Shown: positions 1 to 11,140, counted from the stretch's first letter. The stretch: DNA of 64,000 nt from Nitrosopumilaceae archaeon (GCA_965209085.1 OZ242376.1:512001-576000); one strand, 5' to 3'. The notes: generated by a model from the letters alone, not told the origin. Numbers and translations are program-made.

Positions 1-479
1 TTATATGGCAATTCTAATAACGTTAATGATTCTAGATCAAAATCTATCCATCGTAATGATGATACATTTTTAATACTTTGTAGTGTTATATGAAAATAAA
101 ATCTAATTCCTAATTTTTTATTTTCATTTTGTTCAACAAGTTCAATTTTAGAATTTTTGGCATTAATTTTATTTGTTATATCTGACGTGTTTTGTATATT
201 TTTAGGAATTGATCCTACAACAACTGGTGCCTGTTTTTGTACTTCTCTTATAACGGTAGACAAAAAATTACTACCCGGAACTACTAATTCATAAAAATGA
301 ATAGCTGCAACATCTGGATTAAACGTGATTTTTTTTCTATCACCACCAAATAATTTTGCAACTGTCGGTGGAAACGTTACATAGTATATTCCATCTTGTT
401 CATTTACATCCGCATTTATTTCATCAAGATAATTCAATGTTAATTCTTTTGAAAATTGTAAAATAGTATTTTCGTCCAA
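1..479 (-). CDS. Hypothetical protein, possibly YqhG-like partner of the SNF2 helicase (runs off window start)
   Basis: Hand translation from TTG at 479, directly after the helicase stop: MDENTILQFSKELTLNYLDEINADVNEQDGIYYVTFPP...ELVVPGSNFL..., open to position 1. Not in the ORF track. Confidence 0.6.
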   Translation of the reverse strand, partial: MDENTILQFSKELTLNYLDEINADVNEQDGIYYVTFPPTVAKLFGGDRKKITFNPDVAAIHFYELVVPGSNFLSTVIREVQKQAPVVVGSIPKNIQNTSDITNKINAKNSKIELVEQNENKKLGIRFYFHITLQSIKNVSSLRWIDFDLESLTLLELPY

Positions 480-2240
480 TTAAACATCCCCCAAGACAGA
501 TAATTTGAAATTTGAAAATACTTCTGGATTGAATTCATTCATTGTTTCTTCAATTTTTGTTTTTTCATTATTCCATTCTTTCCCCAATGCAGAAAATTTA
601 TTTATAATTTCTTGCTTACTATTAGATGAAATATATGATTCAAAAATTTTATTTTCAACCATATGTGGTCCATGATCTTCAAAAAGATCCAATTCCCCAA
701 TAGTCATTTTAAACAAATTAACTTTTTCATAAAGTAATTTTAGAACATATTCTTCTATGGTGTCTTTGATGGAAAAATTATGGATAACCACATCTTCCTC
801 TTGACCTATTCTATGGACTCTGCCTACTCTTTGTTCTACTTTCATTGGATTCCACGGTAGATCATAATTGACAACATTGTGACAGAATTGGAAGTTTTTC
901 CCCTCACCACCAGCTTCTGTTGCAACCATGATCTGTGATTTTTTTTGGAATTCACTTGTAGCCACATCTCTTTCAGATGTGGACATTGAACCATTAAATT
1001 TAACCACGTTAAAATTTTCATCCCATAAACTATCATAAATATAATCTTGCGTGTCACGAAATTCAGTAAATATCAAAAATTTAGACTCTTCATCATTTCG
1101 AATAATTTCTTTTAATTTTATCATTTTGGTGTCTGTTTCAATCTTTTCTGCCAAATAAATTAATTCTTGAATTTTTTTATTTTCTTTTTGATCATCTTTC
1201 ATTTTTCTTCGAAGAGCAGGAATTGTGGCATAAGTGCTACTCGATAATTGTCTTTGCAATGTCATCAATGGTAAGACGACACTTCGATTCCTTCCCCATA
1301 AATTTTTAATATATTTTGTAGTCAACGAATATAGATTTTTTTCATAAATATTAGATTCTAAAATATGTGTTTTAGGAATTCTATCTGTAAATTCAATATA
1401 TCTTTTTACTTCATCTCTAGTTGTTCTAATAATCACTTGGGATAGAAGATCTTGTAGCTCATGTCTTTTTTCCATTACAAGCGCACGACTATTCTCATCT
1501 TGTAGATACGTTTTTGCGAAATTATTCCAAGTTCCAAGATGACCCGGTCTAACCAATTCGATCAAATTGTAAAGCTCTTTTAGATTATTTTGCATTGGTG
1601 TTGCAGATAATAATAATAGAAATTTTTTTGATAATTCTTTTACAAATTGATGTGCTTTAGTTTTTGAATTTTTTAATCTATGAGCCTCATCGACAATTAC
1701 CATGTCCCAATCAATAGAATTTATTTCCAATGCATTTTTTTCCATATGTACAGATGACAATGAAGCAATAAGCATATTATGACGATCATATCCCATAAAG
1801 TCGTCATCATCTTTACTCGCAATAAAATTTAATCCAAATTTTGACTCCATTTCAGATTTCCATTGTCCAACTAGTGATGGTGGTACAAGAATAAGTGCTG
1901 TTTTAATTAATCCTGTAGTATAATATTCTTTTAGTAAAATTCCTGCTTCTATAGTTTTACCGAGACCAACTTCATCCGCTAATAACGCATGTCCATTTAG
2001 ATCATTTTTAACACGTTGTGCCGCCAATATTTGATGATCAAAAATTGAAATTTTTGATTGAAGTGATTTTAATATAGTTAATTTTTTAGATTGTTGATTG
2101 ATGATGATATCGTACGCCATTAAGAGATTGTCTAATGATTTTTTATCGCTAAAATCAAGTTGTTGTAATTTATTTTTTACCCCAAATTTATCATCATAAT
2201 GTAAATCTACAAGATCTGATAAAATCAATTCATGATTCAT
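480..2240 (-). CDS. SNF2/RapA-family helicase (YqhH-like)
   Basis: LLADEVGLGKT, DEAH, SATPMQN, GGEGKNFQ, YDLPWNPMKVEQRVGRVHRIGQ motifs. Confidence 0.92.
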   Translation of the reverse strand: MNHELILSDLVDLHYDDKFGVKNKLQQLDFSDKKSLDNLLMAYDIIINQQSKKLTILKSLQSKISIFDHQILAAQRVKNDLNGHALLADEVGLGKTIEAGILLKEYYTTGLIKTALILVPPSLVGQWKSEMESKFGLNFIASKDDDDFMGYDRHNMLIASLSSVHMEKNALEINSIDWDMVIVDEAHRLKNSKTKAHQFVKELSKKFLLLLSATPMQNNLKELYNLIELVRPGHLGTWNNFAKTYLQDENSRALVMEKRHELQDLLSQVIIRTTRDEVKRYIEFTDRIPKTHILESNIYEKNLYSLTTKYIKNLWGRNRSVVLPLMTLQRQLSSSTYATIPALRRKMKDDQKENKKIQELIYLAEKIETDTKMIKLKEIIRNDEESKFLIFTEFRDTQDYIYDSLWDENFNVVKFNGSMSTSERDVATSEFQKKSQIMVATEAGGEGKNFQFCHNVVNYDLPWNPMKVEQRVGRVHRIGQEEDVVIHNFSIKDTIEEYVLKLLYEKVNLFKMTIGELDLFEDHGPHMVENKIFESYISSNSKQEIINKFSALGKEWNNEKTKIEETMNEFNPEVFSNFKLSVLGDV

Positions 2241-2303
2241 ACATAGTTTGAATAATTTATCAATTATAAATTAATAGACCGAGACTATGTATGAGGTCAG
2301 ATA

Positions 2304-2618
2304 TTAAACGATATTGAGCACCCCTTCAAAGACGCTCTTACCGTGTGCCTTCCATGTCAAAATACACGTTAGAAAGTTTGACATTCTCTTCATGGATTTA
2401 GATCCTCTGATCTGACCACTTATCTTACGGCGAACCACATCCCGCAATGCACACTCGGCAGCATTGTTTGTGGGCGGAATGTTTTCATGTTCAACAAATG
2501 CAAACAGAGTCCTCGCTGCATTTTCCAACCGTTTGATCAGACTCTGCATTCCGGACATTTCAAAACTGCGGTATCCATCCAACATGAGGTCAAATGTGTA
2601 TTCAAACGTGTGCCGCAC
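2304..2618 (-). pseudogene. IS66-family transposase, C-terminal fragment
   Basis: IPPTNNAAECALR..RRKISG motif; truncated. Confidence 0.8.
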
Positions 2619-2689
2619 TCTTGCATCACAATTGGCATTGTTTTTGGCATGACGTACTTGAATATGTCAAATCTAGAAAAGGACGAATC

Positions 2690-2875
2690 AGTTTAATTTA
2701 TCATCCATCGTATACGCCAGAGCTAAATCCGATAGAAATCCAGTGGCGCGTTTTACGAAAATGCATATAAAATGGACATTTTGAATCGATCAGACATATG
2801 AAAAAGAAAATTGACAGGGTCATACTGTCCAATCAGATGAAACTTGTCAAACTGCACGATTATCTAATTTTTTAG
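2690..2875 (+). pseudogene. IS630-family transposase C-terminal remnant
   Basis: PSYTPELNPIEIQWRVLRK from 2705 (IS630 PxYSPELNPIE motif), followed by an in-frame TAA. Confidence 0.7.
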
Positions 2876-3295
2876 AAATAATAATGTGGGTAATTGTTAC
2901 TATGGAGATTGTATTCGTTGTGTTTGTGATAAAATGTAAATTATAAATTCTTATACTATAGTTGTTGACTATATGTTAGAACATTATTTTTTAATTTTAC
3001 TATTCCAACATCATTATCGTATTTCCAAAAAAATCCCACATATAACATTCATAATCATATATTAAACTCATATTTGATCACTTGTATGTACGTAAACTTG
3101 TACTTTATCAATGTTTCCAATTTGTTATTTTAACAACGTTGATTTGGTATTGACTGCTATAGGCATAATTGTTTCCATTTCATTAACATTAACACCATTT
3201 TTGTTCATTTAGAACATTTTTGTTTAGTTCTGAGATCCATATTTCAAGTCAAACATGGGTCCTGATAACGCAACAGAATCTCCATTAAGCAATAT

Positions 3296-3709
3296 TTAAG
3301 CACGGGTCAGAAAAGGACAGTACACGAAGCACCCGATAATGGTACTGCCACAGCTGCATTTGGTATTTTTCATGGTGTGCTTTACAGTACTGGTTGGATT
3401 GTGTTTGCGTGATGCTCCCTTATGACCTGGACGGCCGCCTGGTTTTTTTGATGGCAGTAATTCGCCATTTTCTCTTGCCTTGCGTATTTTGCGTTTTTCT
3501 TTCATATATTCAAGTAAGCGTGAAGAGGTTGGCGTGTTGGAGTTTTCGTAGTATGCAAGTCGATTCCGGAGAAGTATAATTCCCTTATTCTGTGCATCCA
3601 CCTGATGTGCATGCTCTGCTTTGAGATTACTGATCGTTTTATTCGTCTTTTCTGTAAAATCTCGTACAAATGCCTCCAATTCGTGATATGTGGGACGTTG
3701 ATTGCTCAT
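3296..3709 (-). pseudogene. IS66-family transposase, N-terminal fragment
   Basis: Coiled coil + NSNTPTS + KKPGGRPGHKG + CSCG, typical IS66 N-terminus; same strand as the 2304-2618 fragment. Confidence 0.75.
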
Positions 3710-3889
3710 GAGATGTATTATTTATTGATGGTATTTGGATCTAGATGATCGTGTGTATTGACTAATTTGTTAGTCATGAGGTAACATCATACTTATTTTG
3801 ATTGTATGGGAAAAATATGTAATTTTTAGTCATATTTGGGCACTTTAGCAAAAAGATTCCTTTAAATATGATTCCCGTGTTATTAATTC

Positions 3890-4030
3890 ATGACTGAAGA
3901 ATTGTGGACTGATGTTGAACGTAATGCCATGGATGAATTTAAAAACGAAGTTAAAAACAATGCTAAACCCGATAAACAGTTTGATACAGTAGAAGAGGGT
4001 ATAAAATGGATGGAAGAGATAAGAAATTAG
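3890..4030 (+). CDS. 46-aa acidic protein, possible antitoxin
   Basis: MTEELWTDVERNAMDEFKNEVKNNAKPDKQFDTVEEGIKWMEEIRN; TATA-like TTTAAATA at 3861-3868; overlaps the next ORF. Confidence 0.55.
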   Translation: MTEELWTDVERNAMDEFKNEVKNNAKPDKQFDTVEEGIKWMEEIRN

Positions 4031-4314
4031 CATGGACTACCACATATTATCCAAATGAATTTGATCCAAAATCTGAAAAATTTCAAACATTTCATGATGA
4101 TTATGATAAAATAAGCGTTATTGATGCAGATTATTGCCATAAAATCATAGAAAGTGTATATAAACTTGTTACAGATTTTCATATGAAGGACGTAAAATTC
4201 TGCGATATGCATTTTATAAAATATATCGGGAAATTCAAATTATTGGTTTGGACAGATGTTAGCACTTTAACATTCCATTTGAAATTTGTAGAGATCTCTA
4301 CTCTAAATGCTTGA
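4006..4314 (+). CDS. Hypothetical protein, weak RelE/ParE-like pattern
   Basis: 102 aa; C-terminal IGKFKLLVWTD..TLTFHLKFV resembles RelE beta strands. Confidence 0.45.
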   Translation: MDGRDKKLAWTTTYYPNEFDPKSEKFQTFHDDYDKISVIDADYCHKIIESVYKLVTDFHMKDVKFCDMHFIKYIGKFKLLVWTDVSTLTFHLKFVEISTLNA

Positions 4315-4409
4315 TAGACAGACATAATTCCATTGGTTTGAACAAAACTCGATAATCTCTAAAACCAATTCAAGACAATATTTAAGCAAGGGTACGCAAA
4401 GAACAACGT

Positions 4410-6923
4410 ATGAGACATCATGTGACCCCCATATCATATAATCTTGAATTTGAACCCGATCTTAAGAAATTCACATTTTCAGGCAAATCGAAAATTACTG
4501 CCAAATGCAACACGCCTACATCAAAGATCACGATGGATTGCGCAGAACTAAAGATACACTCCTGCAAGGTTTATGCGGGAAAAAAACCCATAAAATGTAC
4601 AGTAAAGACTGATGCAAAATCTGAAGATCTAACAATATCACTTGACACACGAGTATCCGGATCAGTATACATTGATCTTGAATTTTCAGGAATTTTAAAC
4701 GACCGCTTACTTGGATTCTACCGCAGTACGTACATGCAGGGTGGCAAAAAAAGATACATGGCTACCACCCAGTTTGAGGCAGCGGATGCACGGCGTGCAT
4801 TCCCCTGTTGGGATGAACCTGAAGCAAAGGCCACTTTTGAGATATCACTTGTTGCAAAAAATACCCACACTGCGGTATCAAACATGCCAATAAAATCAAA
4901 AAAGAATCTTGGAGGGGGAAGAATACTCTACAAGTTTGGAAAAACACCGGTAATGTCCACGTATCTTGTATATCTTGGAGTGGGCGAGTTTGAATACACT
5001 TCTGGAAAATACGGCAAAACACAGGTGCGTGTAATCACCACAAAGGGTCACAAGAAAAAAACTGCATACGCACTAGATCTTGGAAAACGACTGTTAAAAG
5101 AATATGATGAATATTTTGGAATAAAATACCCGTTACCAAAACTGGACCTAATCGCGATACCGGACTTTGCAGCAGGTGCCATGGAAAACTGGGGGGCAAT
5201 AACATTCCGCGAGACCATACTGTTGTATGATTCAAAAACATCTTCAACTAGGACAAAACAATACATTGCAGAGGTAATATCACACGAGATTGCACACCAG
5301 TGGTTTGGCAACCTTGTAACCATGCAGTGGTGGAACGATCTGTGGCTCAACGAGAGCTTTGCCACGTACATGGCCACAAAATTCGTCGACAAACTCTACC
5401 CAAAATGGCACATGTGGGATCAGTTTCTAGGCGATGCAATGGCAGTAGCCATGAATTTAGACTCGTTAAAATCATCCCATCCAATAGACGTAAAGGTAAA
5501 CAGCCCCTCTGAGATACGCGAGATATTTGATGCCATATCATACGATAAAGGAGGCTGTCTATTACTCATGCTGGAAGATTACGTGGGAGAGCCAAAGTTT
5601 CGTGCAGGATTGCGCAAATATCTTGCAAAACACAAGTATGCAAATGCAAAGGGCTCTGACCTATGGGATGAAATAGGCAAAGTCTCACACATGCCCGTGC
5701 GTAAAGTGATGGAATCTTGGATTGGCCAGATGGGATTTCCACTGGTGAGTGCAAAAAAATCCAAAAACCGCATAATGTTGCAGCAAAGCCGATTTTTACG
5801 TGACGGCAAGGCAGGCCCTGGTAAATGGCCCATACCTGTAACTGTCGGATTTGAAAAGGCTACCTCAAAAACACTCCTAACCGGTACAAAAGGTTCAGTA
5901 TCTGCACCCAAAGGTACACAGGGATATCTTGTAAACCATGGACGGCGGGGATTTTACCGCGTACGGTATGATGAAGAATCTGTTTTGGATCTAAAATATG
6001 CTGTCCAGACCAAAAAAATACCCCACGTTGACAGATGGGCGGTACAAAACGACATGCACGAGCTGTGCACACAGGGCTCCATCCCGATACGTGAATACTT
6101 GGATTTCTCTGATGCATATCTTGCTGAAACTTCAGCATTGGCCTCATCTGATGTTGCAGCAAATCTTGCCACCCTACACCGCAGATCCATAGGGGAATCA
6201 TTTGAACCGGTACTACGCAATTATGCAAGAAACTTTTTTGCACGAGCCCTTATGCGTCTTGGATGGGATCCAAAAAACAATGAATCAAACGAGGATGCAA
6301 TGCTGCGGGCTCAGGCAGTTTCGGCATTGATCAGACTTGGTGATACGCACGTACAGCAAGAAGCGGTGGCACGCTTTGAGAAATTTGTAAAAAAACCTGA
6401 CACACTGCCAGCTGACCTTCGTGAGCCCGTATACTCTGCATACGCCTGGGTTGTAAATTCTCCCGCAGCATATGCTAGACTTGCACGCATGTACAAAAAT
6501 GCCTTCTCACAGGAAGAGAAACAGCGATTCCTGTCATCTTTATGCTCGTTTAAGGATAAAAAACTACTCTTAAAGACGCTAAACTTTTCTCTGACACCGT
6601 CTGTGCGTTCGCAAAACATGCAGCTGCCGATAATGCGAATTGCTGCAAATCCGAATGGAAAAGAGATACTCTGGCCGTGGATTGGAAAAAACTGGAAAAA
6701 ATTATCATCCAAAGTAGGATGTGGCAACCCGATCTTAAACCGCATAGTCTCAAGTCTGTCTCTTGTGGCAGGATCCAAAGATGTGCCTGCAATCAGGGAG
6801 TTTTTCAGGAAAAATCCCACTCCTGGGACAGAGCGTTCACTGCGGCAGGTCTTTGAACGTATATCCATAAACGAGGCGTTTTTGAAGCGTGCAAGAATTG
6901 AATTTGGCGGCCGGAAATCTTGA
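4410..6923 (+). CDS. pepN: M1-family aminopeptidase
   Basis: GAMENWG and HEIAHQW...WLNE zinc motifs. Confidence 0.95.
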   Translation: MRHHVTPISYNLEFEPDLKKFTFSGKSKITAKCNTPTSKITMDCAELKIHSCKVYAGKKPIKCTVKTDAKSEDLTISLDTRVSGSVYIDLEFSGILNDRLLGFYRSTYMQGGKKRYMATTQFEAADARRAFPCWDEPEAKATFEISLVAKNTHTAVSNMPIKSKKNLGGGRILYKFGKTPVMSTYLVYLGVGEFEYTSGKYGKTQVRVITTKGHKKKTAYALDLGKRLLKEYDEYFGIKYPLPKLDLIAIPDFAAGAMENWGAITFRETILLYDSKTSSTRTKQYIAEVISHEIAHQWFGNLVTMQWWNDLWLNESFATYMATKFVDKLYPKWHMWDQFLGDAMAVAMNLDSLKSSHPIDVKVNSPSEIREIFDAISYDKGGCLLLMLEDYVGEPKFRAGLRKYLAKHKYANAKGSDLWDEIGKVSHMPVRKVMESWIGQMGFPLVSAKKSKNRIMLQQSRFLRDGKAGPGKWPIPVTVGFEKATSKTLLTGTKGSVSAPKGTQGYLVNHGRRGFYRVRYDEESVLDLKYAVQTKKIPHVDRWAVQNDMHELCTQGSIPIREYLDFSDAYLAETSALASSDVAANLATLHRRSIGESFEPVLRNYARNFFARALMRLGWDPKNNESNEDAMLRAQAVSALIRLGDTHVQQEAVARFEKFVKKPDTLPADLREPVYSAYAWVVNSPAAYARLARMYKNAFSQEEKQRFLSSLCSFKDKKLLLKTLNFSLTPSVRSQNMQLPIMRIAANPNGKEILWPWIGKNWKKLSSKVGCGNPILNRIVSSLSLVAGSKDVPAIREFFRKNPTPGTERSLRQVFERISINEAFLKRARIEFGGRKS

Positions 6924-7321
6924 GGAGAAAATTCCTAGCTCCAGTCCTGCTAGTAACAGTTACTGTATTTGCAGTCAGCTCGTATTGGCCTGATTCTGAT
7001 ATGCAGTATGAGGGCGATTTTACACTGGATGCTGTTTTTTATCCTGAAAGGAATGTCTTGGAGATATCATTTAAAGACGGTACAGGTATGATCTCAGATT
7101 CTACAATGCAGATACTTGGATTGCGTGAGCCGTTTTTGCGCCAATATTATGGTGTATCATTTACAGAAAATGTTGAATTCACCACCGAGCCTGAATACGG
7201 CTGGAAGGCTCATCCTATCATAGTGCGTTTTGATCACCCCCAGTACGGCGAGATTGGAATAAAGACTGAGGCTTATACTGTCGGCCAATCCGCACCTCTA
7301 CTCGTATACGAATCTCCATAG
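6920..7321 (+). CDS. Hypothetical membrane-anchored/secreted protein
   Basis: N-terminal hydrophobic segment; overlaps the aminopeptidase stop. Confidence 0.7.
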   Translation: MRRKFLAPVLLVTVTVFAVSSYWPDSDMQYEGDFTLDAVFYPERNVLEISFKDGTGMISDSTMQILGLREPFLRQYYGVSFTENVEFTTEPEYGWKAHPIIVRFDHPQYGEIGIKTEAYTVGQSAPLLVYESP

Positions 7322-7331
7322 ATGCCTTTTA

Positions 7332-8270
7332 TTGAGGGCGAATGTAATTTCATACATGGATGAGATTGTATTGGATCTCAAAAAAGGCAAGCGGAGTGCA
7401 ATTGCACGTGCCATTACAATGATTGAAAATGATCCCGTTCCGGCAAGGCGTATGATGAAAAAAATATTCCTTGATTCCAAAAAACGCTCTACTGTTATCG
7501 GCATTACAGGACCTGCCGGCTCTGGAAAAAGCTCACTAATTGATTTAATGGCACTGCATTTGCAAAAGAAAAAAAACAAACCTGCGATACTTGCAGTTGA
7601 TCCTACCAGCTCGATAACGGGGGGTGCCATGCTGGGGGATAGGGTACGCATGGTAGACTCTACTGATTCGGGAATATTCATGCGGAGTCTTGCATCAAGG
7701 AATGCCACAGGTGCGGTTGCCGTCTCTGTGCGAGATAGTATTCGGGTTTTAGAGTATGCTGGATTTAATCCAATATTGATTGAGAGCGTGGGTGCCGGAC
7801 AAACGGAGACTGCAATATCAAAGATAGTTGATGTAACAATAGTTGTCTTTACCCCAAATACTGGTGATAGCATACAGGCCATAAAGGCCGGATTGACAGA
7901 AATTGGAGACGTATACGTTGTAAACAAGAGTGATTTACCCGGCTCTGATCAGCTTTACAATGCAGTATGTGATTATATCTCTGACCCGTTAGGCTCACCT
8001 GTGATAAAGACGTCTGCAAAACGCCGCACCGGCATATCTTCACTAGTAAATGTGGCAATGGATGCCGCATCCAAGAAAATAGACGATCCTAAATTAGAGT
8101 TTGAACGTATGGGTGCAGAATTATCCGATATTGTTTTAAATATAATGTCAGAAAAAACGGATCTGATGACAAAATCTGAGGAATATCAAAGACTAGTCAA
8201 AAGGGTACATGATGGAAAAGTAGACCCGTATTCTGCTGCATCAAGACTTGCCCGGGGGATGGTAAAATAA
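7332..8270 (+). CDS. meaB: Methylmalonyl-CoA mutase-associated GTPase
   Basis: GITGPAGSGKS, AVDPTS..TGGAMLGDRVRM, ESVGAGQ, NKSD; true start may be the ATG near 7356. Confidence 0.95.
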   Translation: MRANVISYMDEIVLDLKKGKRSAIARAITMIENDPVPARRMMKKIFLDSKKRSTVIGITGPAGSGKSSLIDLMALHLQKKKNKPAILAVDPTSSITGGAMLGDRVRMVDSTDSGIFMRSLASRNATGAVAVSVRDSIRVLEYAGFNPILIESVGAGQTETAISKIVDVTIVVFTPNTGDSIQAIKAGLTEIGDVYVVNKSDLPGSDQLYNAVCDYISDPLGSPVIKTSAKRRTGISSLVNVAMDAASKKIDDPKLEFERMGAELSDIVLNIMSEKTDLMTKSEEYQRLVKRVHDGKVDPYSAASRLARGMVK

Positions 8271-9871
8271 TGGTGCAAAAAAAGAAAAATACCACAAAAT
8301 CTGGCACAAAAAAACTGGTAACTGATTCACTCATTCCAGTTGATGCATTTTACACAAAAAGCGGACGTACCTCACGTGAGGAGCCTGGCAAGTATCCGTT
8401 CACACGTGGAATACATCCGGGAATGTATCGTGATAGGCTTTGGACGATGAGGCAGTATTCAGGATTTGGGGATGCAAAGCTGACCAACGAGCGATTCAAG
8501 TTTATGCTTGATAAAGGCCAGACCGGACTTAGTATGGCATTTGATCTGCCCACACAGATGGGTCATGATCCGGATTCACCTCAAGCGGAAGGTGAGGTAG
8601 GTAAAGTTGGAGTATCCATTGCATCATTAAAGGATATGATGACAGCCTTTGGCGGGATTCCTTTGGGTGAGGTTAGCTCGTCCATGACCATAAATTCTAC
8701 TGCCTCTACTTTACTTGCGTATTATATCGCGGTTGGAAAATCCCAGGGTTTTAAGAGCTCACAGCTGCGCGGAACGACTCAAAACGACATACTAAAAGAA
8801 TACATTGCACGCAATACCTACATTTACCCACCGCAGCAATCCATGAGGATAATCGGCGATATGATATCATATTGTGCAAAAAACGTGCCCCAGTGGTATC
8901 CAGTATCTATATCCGGATACCATATGAGGGAAGCCGGATGTACGGCAGTACAAGAGGTTGCATTTACACTTGCCAATGCAATTGCATACATTCAGACATG
9001 CCTTGATCATGGGTTGAAAATAGATGATTTTGCACCGCGTCTTTCGTTCTTTTTCTGCTGTACGATTGAATTCTTTGAAGAGATTGCCAAATTCCGTGTT
9101 GCCCGAAAAGTATATTCAAAGATATTGAAAGAAAAATTTGGTGCAAAAAACCCGCGTTCGATGCAGCTGAAATTTCACACACAGACCAGCGGTGAATCAC
9201 TTACAGCGCAGCAGCCAGATAACAATATTGCACGCGTTGCAATCCAGTCAATGGCAGCTGTTCTTGGAGGTACGCAGTCATTGCATACAAATTCCAAAGA
9301 TGAGGCCCTTGCCCTACCCACGCAGGCATCAGCAAAGATTGCACTGCGTACACAGCAGATAGTGGGGTATGAGAGCGGTATTACAAAGACTGCCGATCCG
9401 ATGGCCGGTTCGCATTATGTGGAATATTTGTGCGAGCAGATTGAAGATGAGGTTTGGAAGTATCTAAAGCGTATTGAAAAGATGGGCGGCTCGATAAAGG
9501 CCATAGAGCGCGGATTTTTCCAGTCTGAAATTCGCAAAAACGCCTATCGGCTCAAAAAAGAGGCTGATTCACAAGGGCGAATACTAGTTGGAGTAAACAA
9601 GTTTATTGATTCTAGAGAAGAGCAGCCAAAACTGCTCCGTATAGGCGAGGATGTGGGGATAGGGCAGGTAAAGGCCATGGTCAAATTGCGCAAATCCCGC
9701 AATTCTAAAAAGGTTGAATCTTACCTCTCTGCATTATCATCTGCTGCTGATAGCACTGATAATCTCATGCCCTATATTCTAAATGCTGTAACAGCATATG
9801 CTACAACAGGTGAGATTAGCAATACACTGCGGGATGTCTTTGGCGAATACCGTCCAAACGAGGTTTTTTGA
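8270..9871 (+). CDS. Methylmalonyl-CoA mutase, large (catalytic) subunit
   Basis: PGKYPFTRG, WTMRQYSGFG, GTTQNDILKEY, GGTQSLHTNS. Confidence 0.96.
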   Translation: MVQKKKNTTKSGTKKLVTDSLIPVDAFYTKSGRTSREEPGKYPFTRGIHPGMYRDRLWTMRQYSGFGDAKLTNERFKFMLDKGQTGLSMAFDLPTQMGHDPDSPQAEGEVGKVGVSIASLKDMMTAFGGIPLGEVSSSMTINSTASTLLAYYIAVGKSQGFKSSQLRGTTQNDILKEYIARNTYIYPPQQSMRIIGDMISYCAKNVPQWYPVSISGYHMREAGCTAVQEVAFTLANAIAYIQTCLDHGLKIDDFAPRLSFFFCCTIEFFEEIAKFRVARKVYSKILKEKFGAKNPRSMQLKFHTQTSGESLTAQQPDNNIARVAIQSMAAVLGGTQSLHTNSKDEALALPTQASAKIALRTQQIVGYESGITKTADPMAGSHYVEYLCEQIEDEVWKYLKRIEKMGGSIKAIERGFFQSEIRKNAYRLKKEADSQGRILVGVNKFIDSREEQPKLLRIGEDVGIGQVKAMVKLRKSRNSKKVESYLSALSSAADSTDNLMPYILNAVTAYATTGEISNTLRDVFGEYRPNEVF

Positions 9872-10263
9872 TGCGTATCGATCATGTGGCCATTGCAGTG
9901 GAGGATCTTGATGCGGCAGTAAAACAGTATACTGATGCGCTTGGAATAAAGGATGTAGAATATGAGACTATTGAATCTGAAAAAGTCAAAGTTGCCATAT
10001 TAAAAATGGAGAATGCCAGTATAGAGCTGATGACAAGCACCGGAGATGGGCCGATTAAAAAATTCCTGGACACTAGAGGATCAGGATTGCATCATGTTGC
10101 ATTGGAGGTTTCAGATATTGACGGACAGGTATCAAAAATGGAATCCTGTGGTGTGAAAATTCTTGGAGGCGTGCGTTCAGGCTCGCGTGGAACCCGCATT
10201 ACCTTTGTGCATCCAAAGTCACTCTCTGGCGTATTAACAGAGCTCTGCGAGCATTCAAAGTAA
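9868..10263 (+). CDS. mce: Methylmalonyl-CoA epimerase
   Basis: IDHVAIAV, GLHHVAL, FVHPKS..GVLTEL; operon context. Confidence 0.93.
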   Translation: MMRIDHVAIAVEDLDAAVKQYTDALGIKDVEYETIESEKVKVAILKMENASIELMTSTGDGPIKKFLDTRGSGLHHVALEVSDIDGQVSKMESCGVKILGGVRSGSRGTRITFVHPKSLSGVLTELCEHSK

Positions 10264-10275
10264 TTGAATTTGTTT

Positions 10276-10830
10276 TTACTCTGCCAACTGTAGAGTATCG
10301 CTTGCCGTTATTATTCCAATAATGTTTGAATTTTTTGAGACTAGGATGCATTTTGTTATGCGTATGAGGGCGACAAGGGCATTTGCTGGAGTATCATGGT
10401 CTACGACTGCCGGGGCCGGCTCTATAATGCTGGAGATTATTGTGTTTTTTATATCAGAGCCGTCACTGTCAAGATGTCTCATAATTCCATCCTCTGTTAC
10501 TAGTCCTACAAGCGCATTTTTATCAAATACTGGTATCTGACTGATGGAAAATTTGCGCATTTTTGATACTGCTGCACTCAGCGTATCATTTATGTCGATT
10601 TTTACAATCTGTCCACTACATACGTCCCCTGCCTTTTTCTTGGAGGCTGAACCCTCCAACGTGGCAAGTGAGTCAAATATGCGCCTTGCAGTCTCATAGC
10701 TTGGTTTGCAACTGTTTGATTCTATCTGATTTATCATGGATGTACTCACGCCTGCCATGATGGCAAGTTTTTTTTGCGTAATGCCGAGTTTTATACGCAT
10801 TTTGCCGATGGTGTCAAGCTTTGGTATCAT
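10276..10830 (-). CDS. XRE-HTH plus CBS-domain regulator
   Basis: RIKLGITQKKLA..AGVS.S.INQIE followed by two CBS repeats. Confidence 0.9.
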   Translation of the reverse strand: MIPKLDTIGKMRIKLGITQKKLAIMAGVSTSMINQIESNSCKPSYETARRIFDSLATLEGSASKKKAGDVCSGQIVKIDINDTLSAAVSKMRKFSISQIPVFDKNALVGLVTEDGIMRHLDSDGSDIKNTIISSIIEPAPAVVDHDTPANALVALIRITKCILVSKNSNIIGIITASDTLQLAE

Positions 10831-11140
10831 GAATCATCTTTATTGTTGATCGGTTTTAATCTATCTCTTGATTATGTGCATCATTTGAAAGCCTTTCCTT
10901 TTTCATTTCTCGAATGGCGTATCTTATGGCGTTTTCATTCAGTTTTACAATTGGCATGAGATTTCTATGATTGTTGATCAAATACGTCTTTCCATGTTCT
11001 TTGTATGAGAGTGTTAATGTTTTGTACCGCCTAATACGAATAATAGCACAATATAGTATCTAGCGTCACTTCATACTCATATCTTCATTTACTTTGTAAA
11101 TTCTAGATAATATGCTACCACATACGAGTAGTATACGTAA

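Noticed and set aside
4711-6868. Many overlapping or antisense ORFs within pepN (likewise within ppdK, polB, hef, gltA and 41250-41888)
   Set aside because: Shadow frames of well-supported genes, with no motifs.
10870-11040. Possible IS481-like N-terminal remnant (VKLNENAIRYAIREMKK)
   Set aside because: Under 30 codons, and no ends identified.
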